A stretch of DNA of 64,000 bases, taken from contig OZ245018.1 in assembly GCA_965223825.1 (NCBI GenBank), positions 1,939,792 through 2,003,791 of the forward strand, in the 5' to 3' direction. Under the pieces are notes generated by a model, which was not told where the DNA came from, searched no databases, and saw nothing but the letters and a program-made list of their open reading frames with translations. The position numbers and the translations under genes were made by a program. Positions 46,171 through 57,864 of the stretch are shown here, piece by piece. Origin of the DNA: Gammaproteobacteria bacterium (lineage in GTDB: Bacteria; Pseudomonadota; Gammaproteobacteria; CAJXQU01). The stretch's first letter is position 1. Every line of letters begins with the position of its first letter.

Positions 46171-47433
46171 CTAGGCTGCGGTTTGTTTTTCTTCTGTCGG
46201 CATTTCAATATTCACGGGACCAAACATCAGGTCTCTCCGTATTGTTGAAATATCTGTCGACGCTATGATCAAATCCATATATTCAGCATTCAAACTGGTG
46301 TTTCCAAAAAGTACCGCACCAATCAGCACGTTATTTTGGATCACAAGTTTTCTGTAAATTCGATTTGCCGGATCAATCATCGTAATCGATTCAGATTGAT
46401 CATTACCTTGAAAGTCACCGACGGAAAAAACATCAATCCCAGTAACTTTTAATTTTGTAGATGTGATCGTACCCACATACGCCTCACTTAAATCTTCACA
46501 TAATAATGCAGCACAAGCTTTTGCCATTTCATACAACGGTGCAACAAGGCCATAACACACTTTTCGATGCTGTACACATTCGCCAATAGCGTAAATATCT
46601 TTTTCTGACGTCTGCATGTGATCATCAACCACAATGCCCGCTTCACAATTAATTCCGGATGTTTTTGCTAATGAAATATTCGGACGAATCCCTGCTGTCA
46701 TAACCACTAAATCTGCAGAAATTTCAGAACCATCAGAAAATTGCACAGCACCGACATTCTTTGCATTACTGCCATGTGAAATAAACGCGCTAGTATTCGC
46801 ACCCATTTTAAATTTAATGCCACGCGCAGATAAGCTGTCGATCAACATTTGTCCCGCAACGGAATCAAGTTGGCGATCCATTAAGCACGTGCTGCGATGA
46901 ACAACCGTGACATCCATACCTTGAATTTTTAATCCATTCGCTGCTTCAAGGCCTAATAAACCTCCACCGATCACAACGGCTCTTCGATGTTTACGAGCAG
47001 CGGCCAACATGAAATCAACGTCTTTAATATCTCTAAAACTCACAACGCCTTCGAGATCATTTCCCTTGACTGGAATAATAAAAGGATTTGAACCTGTCGC
47101 GATGACTAATTTGTCGTAATCGATTTTTTCGTCATGATTGACTTCAATCTGTTTTGATTCGCTATTGATGGCAGTCACCCAACTATTTGTTCTAAGTTGA
47201 ATATTATTTTCTTCATACCAATCAATAGAATTGATCATTATTTCATCAAGTTTTTTTTCACCCGATAAAACTGGCGAGAGCATGATCCGATTATAATTAC
47301 CGTGTGGTTCTGCACCGAAAACTATAATTTTGTAACGTGCCGAATCACGTTCCAATAATTCACTCAGGAAACGACCTCCGGCCATTCCGTTACCTATCAC
47401 AATGAGCGTTTCTTTAGTCTGTTTCATGATCAT
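46171..47433 (-). CDS. FAD-dependent pyridine-nucleotide oxidoreductase, NasC-like electron-transfer subunit for assimilatory nitrate reductase
   Basis: 420 aa; homologous to N-terminal half of NirB (IVIGNGMAGGRF, VVIGGGLLGLEAA) without sirohaem domain. Confidence 0.8.
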   Translation of the reverse strand: MIMKQTKETLIVIGNGMAGGRFLSELLERDSARYKIIVFGAEPHGNYNRIMLSPVLSGEKKLDEIMINSIDWYEENNIQLRTNSWVTAINSESKQIEVNHDEKIDYDKLVIATGSNPFIIPVKGNDLEGVVSFRDIKDVDFMLAAARKHRRAVVIGGGLLGLEAANGLKIQGMDVTVVHRSTCLMDRQLDSVAGQMLIDSLSARGIKFKMGANTSAFISHGSNAKNVGAVQFSDGSEISADLVVMTAGIRPNISLAKTSGINCEAGIVVDDHMQTSEKDIYAIGECVQHRKVCYGLVAPLYEMAKACAALLCEDLSEAYVGTITSTKLKVTGIDVFSVGDFQGNDQSESITMIDPANRIYRKLVIQNNVLIGAVLFGNTSLNAEYMDLIIASTDISTIRRDLMFGPVNIEMPTEEKQTAA

Positions 47434-47579
47434 TACATTACTAATTGCATGCTGTATGCCAATTACCTATCTTTCTGTTTTATATGAGGTTTTAACTGGT
47501 TAAAACCTAACGAGCAATACCCTTCGCCCAAACTAAGTGCGATTAACACTTTAATTGCACACATGCGGTGCGCAATACT

Positions 47580-49322
47580 TTATTTAGCCCACAATAAATA
47601 CAATAAAATTATTGATAATATCGTTGTCATAAAGCTCAACCCCTTCCAGAACAACAAGGGATCACGTTCTATCAAGGGAGATTTTTCTGCTTGTAAATAC
47701 TTTTTATTCGGGTGTCTTAAGTCAAAAACAAACTCTGAAACATCCTCGTAGCGTAAATACGGATCGGGATGTACTGACTTGCGTAATGCGCCATCCATCC
47801 ACAGTGGTATTTTCGGACGATTTTCTAAACTGCTTGTATACGTTAATTTATTTTGTTTGGCTTTATTCGTTGCATGCTCTAACGATTCACCGTATGGATG
47901 TTCTCCACCGCATAACATTTCGTAAACTATGACCCCCAGCGAGAATAAGTCCGCGCGGGTACTGATCCGTCCGCCAGACAAATATTCCGGTGCTGTATAT
48001 TGTTTTGTGCCGAGTAAAGTATCACGCTCAATCGGTGTGGTAATTTCCATAACACCAGCAACACGCGTGGATCCAAAATCGATAATTTTTACCGTTCCAG
48101 TCTCAGACTCAATCATAATGTTGTCTGGTTTAAGATCCTGGTGCAGCATTTCTAATCGATGGAATGCACGTAATCCTTTTGAAATTTGTTCAACAATACT
48201 TCGTACTGTTTCTAATGGTGGTTCAGGATTATCGATCATCCATTGCGCGAGCGTTTGTCCTTGAATGTATTCCGTCGCGTAATAGAGAAAATTTCTTTCA
48301 CGATCATGTGGCCACGCTTTTAAAACGTGCACACTATTTAAGCGTCTTGCGATCCATTCTTCCATCAAAAACCGTTCAAGATAGGCTGGATCATCTTGGT
48401 AATTGATTGAAGGTGTTTTAAGAATAACTTGATTGTCTGATTTCGTATCCGCAGCAAGATAAACTTGCGTACGTTTACTGGCATGTAATTCACGAATAAT
48501 TTTGTAACCATCAATGGTCATTCCCGGGGACAAATCGGGTGGAAAAGGAAGCTGCGTTAAACTATTAAAAACATCATCCATATCCTGCGTTGGTAATGAA
48601 TCAATTGAAATGATTTGCACAGATAAATTATCGGTACTCCCATTCTCATAGGCGCGATCAACCAATGACTTTGCTGCTTCATCAAGATCATCAATTTGTA
48701 ATGCCTTGAGCAGATCAGGATTTTCAAGATCTTCATACACACCATCGGTTAATAATAAATACCTATCACCGACTTCTATCGGAAATGATAAATAATCAAT
48801 GTCTAACCGACTGTCCACACCCATTGCTCGACTGAGATAATTTTTATCTTTAGAAACCCAAACACGATGATCAGTCGTTAGTTGATCTAATTCGCCTTCA
48901 CGTAATTGATAAATACGAGAATCACCAACATGAAATAAATGCGCCGTTGTAGATTTAAAAACAAGCGCACTAAGTGTACAAACCATACCGCGGTTTTGAT
49001 CACGAAACTCTTTACTTTGTTGTGTTTGAGAATAAAGCCACGAGTTCGTTGCGGTTAAGACTTGTTGCACTGATTTTTTTACTGTCCATGCATCCGACGT
49101 GCAGTAATAATCCTCTAAAAAACCCGTTACCGTTGCTTCACTTGCAATATGTCCAACATCACTACTACTAATGCCATCTGCCAGTGCAACCGCAATTCCC
49201 TTGTTAGTTAATTGCGGTTCTTTAGGAATATACACACCATGAAAATCCTGATTGATTTCCTTTCGGCCTTTATCAGAATATTGACCTACTGATATTGAAA
49301 GTGTTGTGTTTTGCTGTGACAT
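47580..49322 (-). CDS. Bifunctional PP2C-family Ser/Thr phosphatase / Ser/Thr protein kinase
   Basis: 580 aa; N-terminal PP2C (ALADGISS..., LLTDGVYE), C-terminal Hanks kinase (HQDLKPDNIMI, DFGS, APE), C-terminal TM. Confidence 0.85.
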   Translation of the reverse strand: MSQQNTTLSISVGQYSDKGRKEINQDFHGVYIPKEPQLTNKGIAVALADGISSSDVGHIASEATVTGFLEDYYCTSDAWTVKKSVQQVLTATNSWLYSQTQQSKEFRDQNRGMVCTLSALVFKSTTAHLFHVGDSRIYQLREGELDQLTTDHRVWVSKDKNYLSRAMGVDSRLDIDYLSFPIEVGDRYLLLTDGVYEDLENPDLLKALQIDDLDEAAKSLVDRAYENGSTDNLSVQIISIDSLPTQDMDDVFNSLTQLPFPPDLSPGMTIDGYKIIRELHASKRTQVYLAADTKSDNQVILKTPSINYQDDPAYLERFLMEEWIARRLNSVHVLKAWPHDRERNFLYYATEYIQGQTLAQWMIDNPEPPLETVRSIVEQISKGLRAFHRLEMLHQDLKPDNIMIESETGTVKIIDFGSTRVAGVMEITTPIERDTLLGTKQYTAPEYLSGGRISTRADLFSLGVIVYEMLCGGEHPYGESLEHATNKAKQNKLTYTSSLENRPKIPLWMDGALRKSVHPDPYLRYEDVSEFVFDLRHPNKKYLQAEKSPLIERDPLLFWKGLSFMTTILSIILLYLLWAK

Positions 49323-49397
49323 AATAGTTTCTTATTGAATTTAAGTGATTCATTAACAACGTGCTAAATCAACTTAGCACGTTGTCTATATTTATAA

Positions 49398-50864
49398 TCA
49401 GCTTACATCGATCATCTGGACGGTGCCATCCGGCATTGTTTCAGCAATGGCTCCTTTTGGTTCATTCATAAACAAAATGCTGATTAAACCAAGAACGGCT
49501 GCACCCGCAATCACCAAAAAGAACGTTTGTGCTGACACCATGGAATAGATTGTTAAGAACGTAACCGCACCAACATTACCGTAAGCACCGGCCATCCCAG
49601 CAATCTGTCCGGTCAAACGTCGCTTAATTAGTGGAATAATGGCAAACACGGCACCTTCCGCAGATTGCACAAAAAATGAACATGCCATCATTGCGAGCAC
49701 TGCAACTAATACCGGCCAGTCTGACGTTATTTGTGACATGCTGAAATAGCCGATCGCCAATCCCGCTAATAAAATAATTAAGGTTTTTTTACGACCAAAT
49801 TTATCACTTATCAAACCACCACCAGGACGCGCAACAAGGTTCATAAACGCATAACCCGAAGCTAACATTCCCGCATATACTTGTGATAATTCGAACGTAT
49901 CCATAAAAAATAAAGGCAACATGGAAATCACGGCAAGCTCTGAACCAAATGCGAGAAAATATGCTAGATCAAGAATTGCCACTTGTTTAAATGAATACCG
50001 ATCAATCTCTGGTATTTCTTTCGTGAAGACGTCCTTGTTTACCTTAATTACGTGATACGTTTGATAGAAATAGACTAGAACTAAACCTGCATAAATCATC
50101 AACATACCGCTGTCGTTAAGCATTTGCAGCTTGTTTAATTTCCAAGTTAATAGCGCTAATGCAAGATACATAGGAATATTCATGATCAGATAAAAAATCA
50201 GATCACCTTTACTGCTGACTTCTAATGCACCTGTTTTTTTCGGTTTAAAATAGGTTGATCCTTTTGGCGTATCCGTCACTGAGAAGTAATAAATAAAGGA
50301 GTAGATAAAAGCGATTAATCCCGTTAACGCGATCGCATAACGCCAGCCATCATCTCCACCGAATGCAAGTGCAATTGTTGGTAATGCCATCGCAGCAGCA
50401 GCTGATCCAAAATTTCCCCAACCACCATAAATACCTTCTGCAAGTCCCATTTGTTTTGCTGGAAACCATTCACCGATCATGCGGATACCGATTACAAATC
50501 CTGCACCAACAAAACCCAATAAAAATCGACCAATAGCAAGCGACTCAAAGGTATTTGCCGTGGCGAAATAAAAACAAATAAGGGATGAAATAAATAGTAA
50601 ACCTGAATAGGTTTTTCTAGGGCCGATATTATCAACCAACATTCCGATCAAAATACGCGCAGGGATTGTCAGTGCAACGTTTAAAATGAGGAGCGTTTTA
50701 ACCTGTTCAGCAGTCAAACCAAGGGAGTCTTTGATCGATGCCATTAGTGGTGCGTGGTTAAACCAGACAACAAAGGTAATAAAAAAAGCGATCCACGTAA
50801 GGTGGAGTGTTTTAACCTTTCCAGAAAAGGAAAAGAGGTTTAGAGATTGATTGTCCGCACTCAT
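49398..50864 (-). CDS. narK: MFS nitrate/nitrite transporter (NNP family, NarK/NasA-type)
   Basis: 488 aa, 12 TM; NNP signature regions (GxxxNxGxxG-like in [16 protein letters not shown]). Confidence 0.9.
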   Translation of the reverse strand: MSADNQSLNLFSFSGKVKTLHLTWIAFFITFVVWFNHAPLMASIKDSLGLTAEQVKTLLILNVALTIPARILIGMLVDNIGPRKTYSGLLFISSLICFYFATANTFESLAIGRFLLGFVGAGFVIGIRMIGEWFPAKQMGLAEGIYGGWGNFGSAAAAMALPTIALAFGGDDGWRYAIALTGLIAFIYSFIYYFSVTDTPKGSTYFKPKKTGALEVSSKGDLIFYLIMNIPMYLALALLTWKLNKLQMLNDSGMLMIYAGLVLVYFYQTYHVIKVNKDVFTKEIPEIDRYSFKQVAILDLAYFLAFGSELAVISMLPLFFMDTFELSQVYAGMLASGYAFMNLVARPGGGLISDKFGRKKTLIILLAGLAIGYFSMSQITSDWPVLVAVLAMMACSFFVQSAEGAVFAIIPLIKRRLTGQIAGMAGAYGNVGAVTFLTIYSMVSAQTFFLVIAGAAVLGLISILFMNEPKGAIAETMPDGTVQMIDVS

Positions 50865-51139
50865 TGAGCGTGCTCCATGTTAATAAAAATTCTTGACAAC
50901 ACGGCACACCCTTCACAGTAAAGTGAGGAAACGAATTACTCTAAATTGTTTCAAAGTGGCGCAGCATCGTTGCCGGCATAGGCGGTATTTAGCAAGTTTC
51001 TTGCCAAATACAAATTCTAGGTATATATCATTGTTTTATATAGCTTTAAACTATAATCACTCATATAAAATAAGACCCGTTACAGGTTTGTCGCACTCTT
51101 TATGTGCATAAAATATTATTTATGCACCAATCTGATCAG

Positions 51140-51170
51140 CTATAAAAAAGGCTCCATTTAGGAGCCTTTG
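51140..51170 (-). terminator. Rho-independent terminator after nrt ABC operon (minus orientation)
   Basis: AGGCTCCatttAGGAGCCT hairpin, U-run on minus strand (plus tataaaaaa). Confidence 0.75.
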
Positions 51171-51210
51171 AACTAAAAATGATAACGGTAAAAACGGAAA
51201 CGTTTACAAC

Positions 51211-52896
51211 TTAATGCTCGTCGCATTCTGCTAAGAACGTCAGCAACTCTTCACGGTATTTATAATAATCAGGATGTGCAACTAAGGCCTTGCGAGTTCG
51301 AGGTCGTGGTAGATTCACTTCCATAACCTTACCGACTTTTGCATGTGGTCCATTGGTCATCATGACGACACGATCAGCGAGCAAAATCGCTTCATCCACA
51401 TCATGTGTGATCATGATGGCGGTCACTTTTGTTCTCGCCCAAACCTCCATTAAGACTTCTTGTAACTCCCAACGCGTAAGAGAGTCCAACATACCGAAAG
51501 GCTCATCCAATAATAACAACTTTGGTGATAGAGCAAATGCACGTGCAATACCGACACGTTGTTTCATTCCATTTGAAAGCTCAGCGGCTTTCTTATCCAA
51601 CGCATCACCCAAGCCGACTTTAGCTAAATAATACTCAACAATATCTTTTCGCTCGGCTGCAGTCGCATGTGGATAAACGCGATCAACCCCAAGCTCGACA
51701 TTCTCACTCGCTGTCATCCAAGGAAATAAACTCGGTGCCTGAAAAACCACCGCACGATCAGGCCCAGCGTTCGTTACCTCTTTGTGATCTAACACTATTC
51801 CACCATCACTGATCTCGTTTAATCCAGCCGTCATCGATAGCACTGTCGATTTACCGCAACCAGAATGGCCAATAACGGAAATAAACTCTCCCTTTGTGAT
51901 GTTTAAATTAAAATCTTCAACCACCGTTAACGGGCCTTTCGGTGTTGGGTATATTTTTGTGAGATTAAAATATTCCAAATATTTTGGATCACCGATTTTA
52001 TCTTGGAACGCCTTCAACACTTCCGGCTGTGAAAGATCCGGCTCAGGTTCACCAAAATCACTTGCTGTATTGGGTTTCACATTCGGCAGGTGCACAATAT
52101 TTGAATCTTCTGCTGCAGATTCCTGCAGACCAACGTTCATCAGATATTGTGTGATCTCACTACGTAATTGCTTGAATCGTTCATTATGATTCATCGCTGT
52201 GCGATCACGTGGTCTTTCCAAATCAACAATAAACTCGGGGCCAAATGTTGCATCAGGCCCTGGGTTTAACGGAATAATGCGATCCGCCATGATCAAACCT
52301 TCATCAACATCGTTGGTGATCAGAACAACCGTTTTCTTTTCCTGCTCCCAAATACGTACAATCTCATCTTGCAGATTTGCTCGAGTCAATGCATCTAAAG
52401 CACTCAACGGCTCATCTAGCAACAATACGTGCGGGCTTGCAGCTAAAGCACGAGCAACATTCACTCGTTGTCGCATACCACCAGATAATTCTGAAGGACG
52501 GCGATTAAGGGCATGTGATAAGCCGACCATGTCAATATACTTTTCGGTACGCGCTTTACGCTCTTCAGCTGAAAGCTGACTGAATGCAGAATCCACCGCT
52601 AAGGCGACATTGCCGTAAACCGTCAACCAAGGCATCAAGGAATAACTTTGAAAAACCACACCACGATCAGAACTTGGCCCTGTGACTTTTTCACCTTCTA
52701 AAATAACCTCACCATTATCGGGTTTTATTAAACCCGCAATAGTTGAAATTAATGTTGTTTTCCCTGTACCAGAAAAGCCAACAATGGCGACAAACTCACC
52801 TTCCGCTATCTCAAGATTGATATCCTTAAGGACAGACGTCTTATTATGTCCCTGACCATATGATTTACTAATATTTTTTAAACTTAAAAAAGACAT
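51211..52896 (-). CDS. nrtCD: Nitrate ABC transporter ATP-binding protein, tandem ATPase fusion (NrtC/NrtD-like)
   Basis: 561 aa; two Walker A (GFSGTGKTT; GHSGCGKST), two signature [18 protein letters not shown] motifs. Confidence 0.85.
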   Translation of the reverse strand: MSFLSLKNISKSYGQGHNKTSVLKDINLEIAEGEFVAIVGFSGTGKTTLISTIAGLIKPDNGEVILEGEKVTGPSSDRGVVFQSYSLMPWLTVYGNVALAVDSAFSQLSAEERKARTEKYIDMVGLSHALNRRPSELSGGMRQRVNVARALAASPHVLLLDEPLSALDALTRANLQDEIVRIWEQEKKTVVLITNDVDEGLIMADRIIPLNPGPDATFGPEFIVDLERPRDRTAMNHNERFKQLRSEITQYLMNVGLQESAAEDSNIVHLPNVKPNTASDFGEPEPDLSQPEVLKAFQDKIGDPKYLEYFNLTKIYPTPKGPLTVVEDFNLNITKGEFISVIGHSGCGKSTVLSMTAGLNEISDGGIVLDHKEVTNAGPDRAVVFQAPSLFPWMTASENVELGVDRVYPHATAAERKDIVEYYLAKVGLGDALDKKAAELSNGMKQRVGIARAFALSPKLLLLDEPFGMLDSLTRWELQEVLMEVWARTKVTAIMITHDVDEAILLADRVVMMTNGPHAKVGKVMEVNLPRPRTRKALVAHPDYYKYREELLTFLAECDEH

Positions 52897-52907
52897 TTTC
52901 CTACTCC

Positions 52908-54056
52908 TTACATTGCTTCGCCATAGGAAAAGAATTTTTGTAATGACAGCATGATCCGATCAAGCAAAAAACCGATGATGCCGATAGTGAAAACTGCAAC
53001 CATTATTTTACCGAGAGATTGTGAGCTGCCGTTTTGAAATTCATCCCAAACAAACTTACCCAAACCTGGGTTCTGGGCAAGCATTTCAGCTGCAATCAAT
53101 ACCATCCAACCAACACCTAACGAAAGTCGCAAGCCGGTAAAGATAAGGGGTAATGAGCTTGGTAATACAATTTTTGTGATCGTTTTCCACCAGCCAAGTT
53201 GTAGTACCTTTGAGACGTTCATCAAATCTTTATCTATCGATGCAACACCAACGGCTGTATTAATCAACGTTGGCCACAACGAACATAATGTCACGGTGAT
53301 AGCGGAAACCAAGAATGACTTAGAAAACATTGCATCATCACTGGAGGTGTAAACAGCACTGATGATTAATGTCACTATCGGCAACCACGCCAATGGAGAG
53401 ACCGGTTTGAAAATTTGAATGATCGGGTTAAGTGCCGCATTAAATAATGGACTTAAGCCACAAAATATCCCTAATGGAACAGCAATAATCGTCGCAATAA
53501 AAAATCCAACAAAAACCGTTTTCAAACTGGTCATGATTTGTTGTGGGTACGTCGGCTTACCAGTGTAAGGTCGGATTTTAACCTCGGCATCAGGATTTTT
53601 AGCGAGTTTTGCTGCATTCCTTACTTCTTGCCTTTCAAAAAAAGCGTCTTTTTTCACTTGTTCTTTTTGATGATCTTCCATCAACAGTTTGGTTTCAGTC
53701 CAAACTGATGAAGGGCCAGGTATTGCACCTAAACTGGTTTGCACTTTTCCTGCGCCCCAATCCCACAATAAAAGAAATACCATAAAAGCCAAAACGGGAA
53801 CACCAATCTGTTTGACGATTTCTTTGAGTTGAATAACCGGATCTTCACCGGAAAGAAGTTTTACAAAAGGAATAAACCAAGTAAAACCAATTAATTCTAA
53901 AAAATTAATCAATTTAATTGAAAACCCGACACCCGACTTCTTCGGTTTCGTATCTGCATCCTTGGTTTGATCATTCGCTGTGTCTGAGACACTTTCATCC
54001 ATTGTTTTCATTTGATCCATCGCTGTTTCGTTTTTTAATACTGTATTCGCAGTCAT
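52908..54056 (-). CDS. nrtB: Nitrate ABC transporter permease NrtB (with N-terminal extension)
   Basis: 382 aa; ABC permease EAA-like loop region, 6 TM in C-terminal 270 aa; ~100-aa hydrophilic N-terminal extension. Confidence 0.85.
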   Translation of the reverse strand: MTANTVLKNETAMDQMKTMDESVSDTANDQTKDADTKPKKSGVGFSIKLINFLELIGFTWFIPFVKLLSGEDPVIQLKEIVKQIGVPVLAFMVFLLLWDWGAGKVQTSLGAIPGPSSVWTETKLLMEDHQKEQVKKDAFFERQEVRNAAKLAKNPDAEVKIRPYTGKPTYPQQIMTSLKTVFVGFFIATIIAVPLGIFCGLSPLFNAALNPIIQIFKPVSPLAWLPIVTLIISAVYTSSDDAMFSKSFLVSAITVTLCSLWPTLINTAVGVASIDKDLMNVSKVLQLGWWKTITKIVLPSSLPLIFTGLRLSLGVGWMVLIAAEMLAQNPGLGKFVWDEFQNGSSQSLGKIMVAVFTIGIIGFLLDRIMLSLQKFFSYGEAM

Positions 54057-54137
54057 GATTACCCCAGGTTCTCATATTGATGGTGCCAGCATCATTACTG
54101 GCACCGTTTGACTGAATTAAATTAGTAGCTTAGTTAA

Positions 54138-55514
54138 TTACTCAACTTTTTCTGATCCTTTCAGACCGATTGAGAATTGATCTAAGTAAGCATTAGGTTG
54201 TGACCCATCGAACGTGATGTTGTCGATGAACTCAGTTTGCGGAGCTTTGTAGCCTGTTGAATCCCAAGGTACTTCGCTTTCTGCAATTTTCCCTTCTTCT
54301 AATAATTCTTTCGCCGCAGCAAGATATACGTCAGGTCGATACACCTTTTTAGCTGTTTCGTGATACCACTCATCAGACTTCTCTTCAGTAATTTGTCCCC
54401 AACGACGCATTTGCGTGAGATACCAGATAGCGTCAGAGTAAAACGGATAAGTTGCGAAATAACGATAGAAAACATTGAAGTCAGGCAATGAACGTTTATC
54501 GCCTTTTTCATATTCAAATGTGCCTGTCATACTGTTTGCGATCACTTCGTAATCAGCACCAACATATTCTGATTGAGATAAGATTTTGACTGCTTCCGGA
54601 CGATTAGCATCGTTGTTATCATCCAACCATTTCGCTGCTCGAATTAATGCTTTAACCACAGCTTTATGTGTATTTGGATTCGCATTTGCCCACTCTTCAC
54701 TGACACCAAAAACTTTTTCCGGGTTGTTTTTCCAGATTTCATAATCTGTAATAACTGGCACACCAATGCCTTTGAATACCGCTTGTTGATTCCACGGCTC
54801 ACCAACGCAATAACCATAAATCGTACCGGCTTCTAACGTTGCAGGCATTTGCGGTGGAGGCGTTACTGATAACAGCGCATCAGCACTGATTTGACCGGTA
54901 ATATCATTCGCTGAGTAATACCCAGGGTGAATTCCACCCGCTGCTAACCAATAACGTAATTCATAATTGTGTGTCGATACTGGAAAAACCATCCCCATGT
55001 TAAAAGGCTTACCTTCCGACTTATATTTATCCACAACCGGCTTTAAAGCTGAAGCTGAAATAGGATGGACAGGTTTACCGTCTTCGCCTGAAGGAATATT
55101 CTCTTTCATCTGTTCCCAGATATCATTAGAAACAGTAATACCATTCCCGTTAAGATCCATACTGAATGCAGTGATGATATTCGCTTGTGTACCAAAACCA
55201 ATTGTCGCCCCTAATGGTTGGCCCGCAAGCATATGGGCACCGTCAAGCTCGCCGTCAATCACGCGATCAAGCAATACTTTCCAGTTCGCTTGTGGCTCTA
55301 ATGTGACATACAAACCTTCATCTTCGAAATAACCTTTTTCGTAAGCAATGGCCAATGGCGCCATATCCGTCAGCTTAATAAACCCGAATTTAAGATCTTC
55401 TTTTTCTAAATCTTCAACGGCATAACTTGCTGTTAAACTGCCTGCTAATGTCAGACTAATCCCTGCAAATAAATTGCGTACGATTGATTTTTTACTGAAT
55501 ACTGAGCACTTCAC
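54138..55514 (-). CDS. nrtA: Nitrate ABC transporter periplasmic substrate-binding protein NrtA
   Basis: 458 aa; signal peptide; NrtA/CmpA family body. Confidence 0.85.
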   Translation of the reverse strand: MKCSVFSKKSIVRNLFAGISLTLAGSLTASYAVEDLEKEDLKFGFIKLTDMAPLAIAYEKGYFEDEGLYVTLEPQANWKVLLDRVIDGELDGAHMLAGQPLGATIGFGTQANIITAFSMDLNGNGITVSNDIWEQMKENIPSGEDGKPVHPISASALKPVVDKYKSEGKPFNMGMVFPVSTHNYELRYWLAAGGIHPGYYSANDITGQISADALLSVTPPPQMPATLEAGTIYGYCVGEPWNQQAVFKGIGVPVITDYEIWKNNPEKVFGVSEEWANANPNTHKAVVKALIRAAKWLDDNNDANRPEAVKILSQSEYVGADYEVIANSMTGTFEYEKGDKRSLPDFNVFYRYFATYPFYSDAIWYLTQMRRWGQITEEKSDEWYHETAKKVYRPDVYLAAAKELLEEGKIAESEVPWDSTGYKAPQTEFIDNITFDGSQPNAYLDQFSIGLKGSEKVE

Positions 55515-55571
55515 TTTTATACCCCTTTAAGTTTTTCTAATGCTTATTCAACTAAATAAGCGTTTAAATAG

Positions 55572-56159
55572 TTAATTAATCATTTCGGATGCTGAAATAA
55601 CACTTTGTGCTAATTCAGATAATTTTATATTGCGATCCATCGCCATTTTCCTCATGGCCTTATACGCTTCATCCTCATCAATTTCAGAACGTTGCATGAC
55701 AATTCCTTTTGCTTTTTCGATGAGCTTCCTTTCATCCAAAGCTGAAGTTGTCCTTGAGAGTTCTTCACGTAACGAGTTTTCATTGGTAAAGCGAATTTCT
55801 GCTGTTCTTAAGATACCGTCCAATCTTTCAGGTATTTGATCTGTCGTAATGTATGAACTGACCCCGGCAAGTAATGCCATTTGGATATCATCATCAGAAT
55901 CGCGATTAGAGAAAATAACAACAGGCACAGGTTGTTGCCGTTGCAATTGCTGGACACAAGCTAAAAGTCCATCCATTTTTTCATTACTAATCACAAGTAA
56001 GTAATCTGCATTTCCCATAATAATGTTTCGGGTTACGTCACTAATGCGATCACAAAGATGTGTAATGCGATACCCGGATTTAAGCAACGCTCGCTCAATC
56101 CCCACCTCGTTAATTTTTTCTGTTGTGTACAACAGAATTCTTTTGCTCATGCTAGACAT
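55572..56159 (-). CDS. nasT: ANTAR-domain response regulator NasT (nitrate assimilation antiterminator)
   Basis: 195 aa; receiver-like N-domain, C-terminal ANTAR (LDERKLIEKAKGIVMQRSEIDEDEAYKAMRKMAMDRNIKLSELAQSVI). Confidence 0.85.
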   Translation of the reverse strand: MSSMSKRILLYTTEKINEVGIERALLKSGYRITHLCDRISDVTRNIIMGNADYLLVISNEKMDGLLACVQQLQRQQPVPVVIFSNRDSDDDIQMALLAGVSSYITTDQIPERLDGILRTAEIRFTNENSLREELSRTTSALDERKLIEKAKGIVMQRSEIDEDEAYKAMRKMAMDRNIKLSELAQSVISASEMIN

Positions 56160-56258
56160 AATCTTTTACTTTTATGGTTGTTATTTTTTTATTCTATTTA
56201 TTTGATTAAAAAACGATCATGAGGAGATTCCCTTCTCCCCAAAATCGGTAAGAGGACT

Positions 56259-57530
56259 TTAGAACTTCACCATGAAAAATGCCCAGAACTTAGTTAGGTC
56301 ATTACTTAAACCTGACGTGTTCATTACATTTTTATCGCCTTCGTAATCTGCGTATTTCAGGCCAACGGTGTAATGCTTGTTAAAGGTTTTCATCACTTCA
56401 AGATCAATCTCTTTACCGTAATCATAACCGTCTTTATCAGAACTAAGATCATGATAAGAAGCAACGAATTTTGCACCAAAAGCTTTTAAGACAGCAGTGA
56501 AATAAAGGTCTTCAACGCCATCGCCTGGAGTGACTAAGAACTTATCAGCCCAGCCTTGGAAGGCGTGATTAGTTCCCAAGATCGTCACGAATCGATCAGC
56601 ACCGCCATTACCTTCTTGAAGCTCATAACTGACCTTCATCATCAATGATTCAAACGGTCCAGACAGTTTGAATTTAGCGCCTATTTCCCCTAGGAAATAA
56701 TCTGCATCAATAGAATTTGGGTTATCACCTGCATCTGACTGAGTTGCAAACTCTGCTGTGTAGATACCTTTAATTTGCTCATTGACTGGAAATGCACCGT
56801 TCAAACGAATACCGTAGGTATCAGTTGAAAATGCAGCCGCGTTTTCGAAATCTAATAAATATGCATAGGCTTCAATATTTGCATATTTAAAACCAGTGTA
56901 TTTACCGTTGAAATAATGTGAATCACTCGTGAAATCATCTAATGGTGATGGTGCATCCTCACCAAAAATACGATTAATATTCCAAGCATAACCGTAGCTC
57001 AGTGTGGTATCTGGCAGTGACGTATTCACTACGGTGAATGCATCTTGTGTTTGCCAGTTTTGACGCCATAACACAGTACCCATATAACGATGGAATGGCG
57101 CATCTCGGTAAGTAATGATTTGACGACCAACTTTAAACATCGTGTCAGGTAGGCCGTTATAAAAAAGATAACTTTGATTTATTTCAGTTTGTTCCGGATC
57201 AACCACCGTCGCATATTGTGGTTTAGGATCTGCTGGTTGGTTATATTCTTGACCAAAAAGTGCTTGTACATGCTCAACTTGTCCGTATAAACCAAAACCA
57301 TGAAATGTTCCTGTTTTATACCCTAATGTAATACGTGCAGTGTATGCATTTGCATCTTCTTGCGCACCTTCATCATCAACATTTTCATAACGCAATCGCG
57401 CACTAAAATCTGTTTTCCCCGACGTTAAAGCGGTCCATAACGGATCATCCGCTTGCGCTGTATGACTCGTTGTTAACGCACTTGCCAATATTCCCCACAA
57501 TACTGGATTTGTCCCCAATTTCTTACTCAT
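56259..57530 (-). CDS. AlgE-like (alginate-export family) outer-membrane beta-barrel porin
   Basis: 423 aa; signal peptide ending AQA; alternating beta-strand pattern; C-terminal ...FFMVKF aromatic terminus. Confidence 0.7.
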   Translation of the reverse strand: MSKKLGTNPVLWGILASALTTSHTAQADDPLWTALTSGKTDFSARLRYENVDDEGAQEDANAYTARITLGYKTGTFHGFGLYGQVEHVQALFGQEYNQPADPKPQYATVVDPEQTEINQSYLFYNGLPDTMFKVGRQIITYRDAPFHRYMGTVLWRQNWQTQDAFTVVNTSLPDTTLSYGYAWNINRIFGEDAPSPLDDFTSDSHYFNGKYTGFKYANIEAYAYLLDFENAAAFSTDTYGIRLNGAFPVNEQIKGIYTAEFATQSDAGDNPNSIDADYFLGEIGAKFKLSGPFESLMMKVSYELQEGNGGADRFVTILGTNHAFQGWADKFLVTPGDGVEDLYFTAVLKAFGAKFVASYHDLSSDKDGYDYGKEIDLEVMKTFNKHYTVGLKYADYEGDKNVMNTSGLSNDLTKFWAFFMVKF

Positions 57531-57564
57531 TTCACTAATCTCCTGCTAGTGCCCATTTAAAAAA

Positions 57565-57615
57565 ACAAAAGCCAAAAACAAAAAAAGGCCATGTCAGATC
57601 ACTCCGACACGGCCT
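57565..57615 (-). terminator. Rho-independent terminator downstream of ure operon/57865 gene (minus orientation)
   Basis: GGCCATGTC...GACACGGCC hairpin; minus-strand U-rich tail (plus aaaaacaaaaaaa). Confidence 0.6.
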
Positions 57616-57864
57616 CTTTGCTCGTTCTTAGTATTTAATATTTTTGTAAGACTGCGCCGTTGCAGTCGTTTCATGGATCTAGCATAGCAAAAGAGATGCC
57701 AAGAGTTTTTATTCTTTTATTTTCAATAACTTAGCATTTTCTCAATACTTTTTAAACAGAAGGTTTCGCACTAAGTTGATGCGGAAATTATCATGCTGCA
57801 ATAAAACGCGCACCAGATTGGGCAGAGAAAGCCAATGCTTCAACTCGAATTTAAGAAAACAAAA

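Noticed and set aside
50865-51140. Sigma-54 promoter TGGCGCagcatcgTTGCC upstream of narK
   Set aside because: GG-to-GC spacing is 13 nt instead of the required 10-11. It is also on the wrong strand for the minus-strand gene.
57531-57864. Sigma-54 promoter for the porin gene near the NtrC-like site
   Set aside because: The only TGG…TTGCA candidate, read from the minus strand, has 14-nt spacing. I reported only the NtrC-like half-site pair as a hint.
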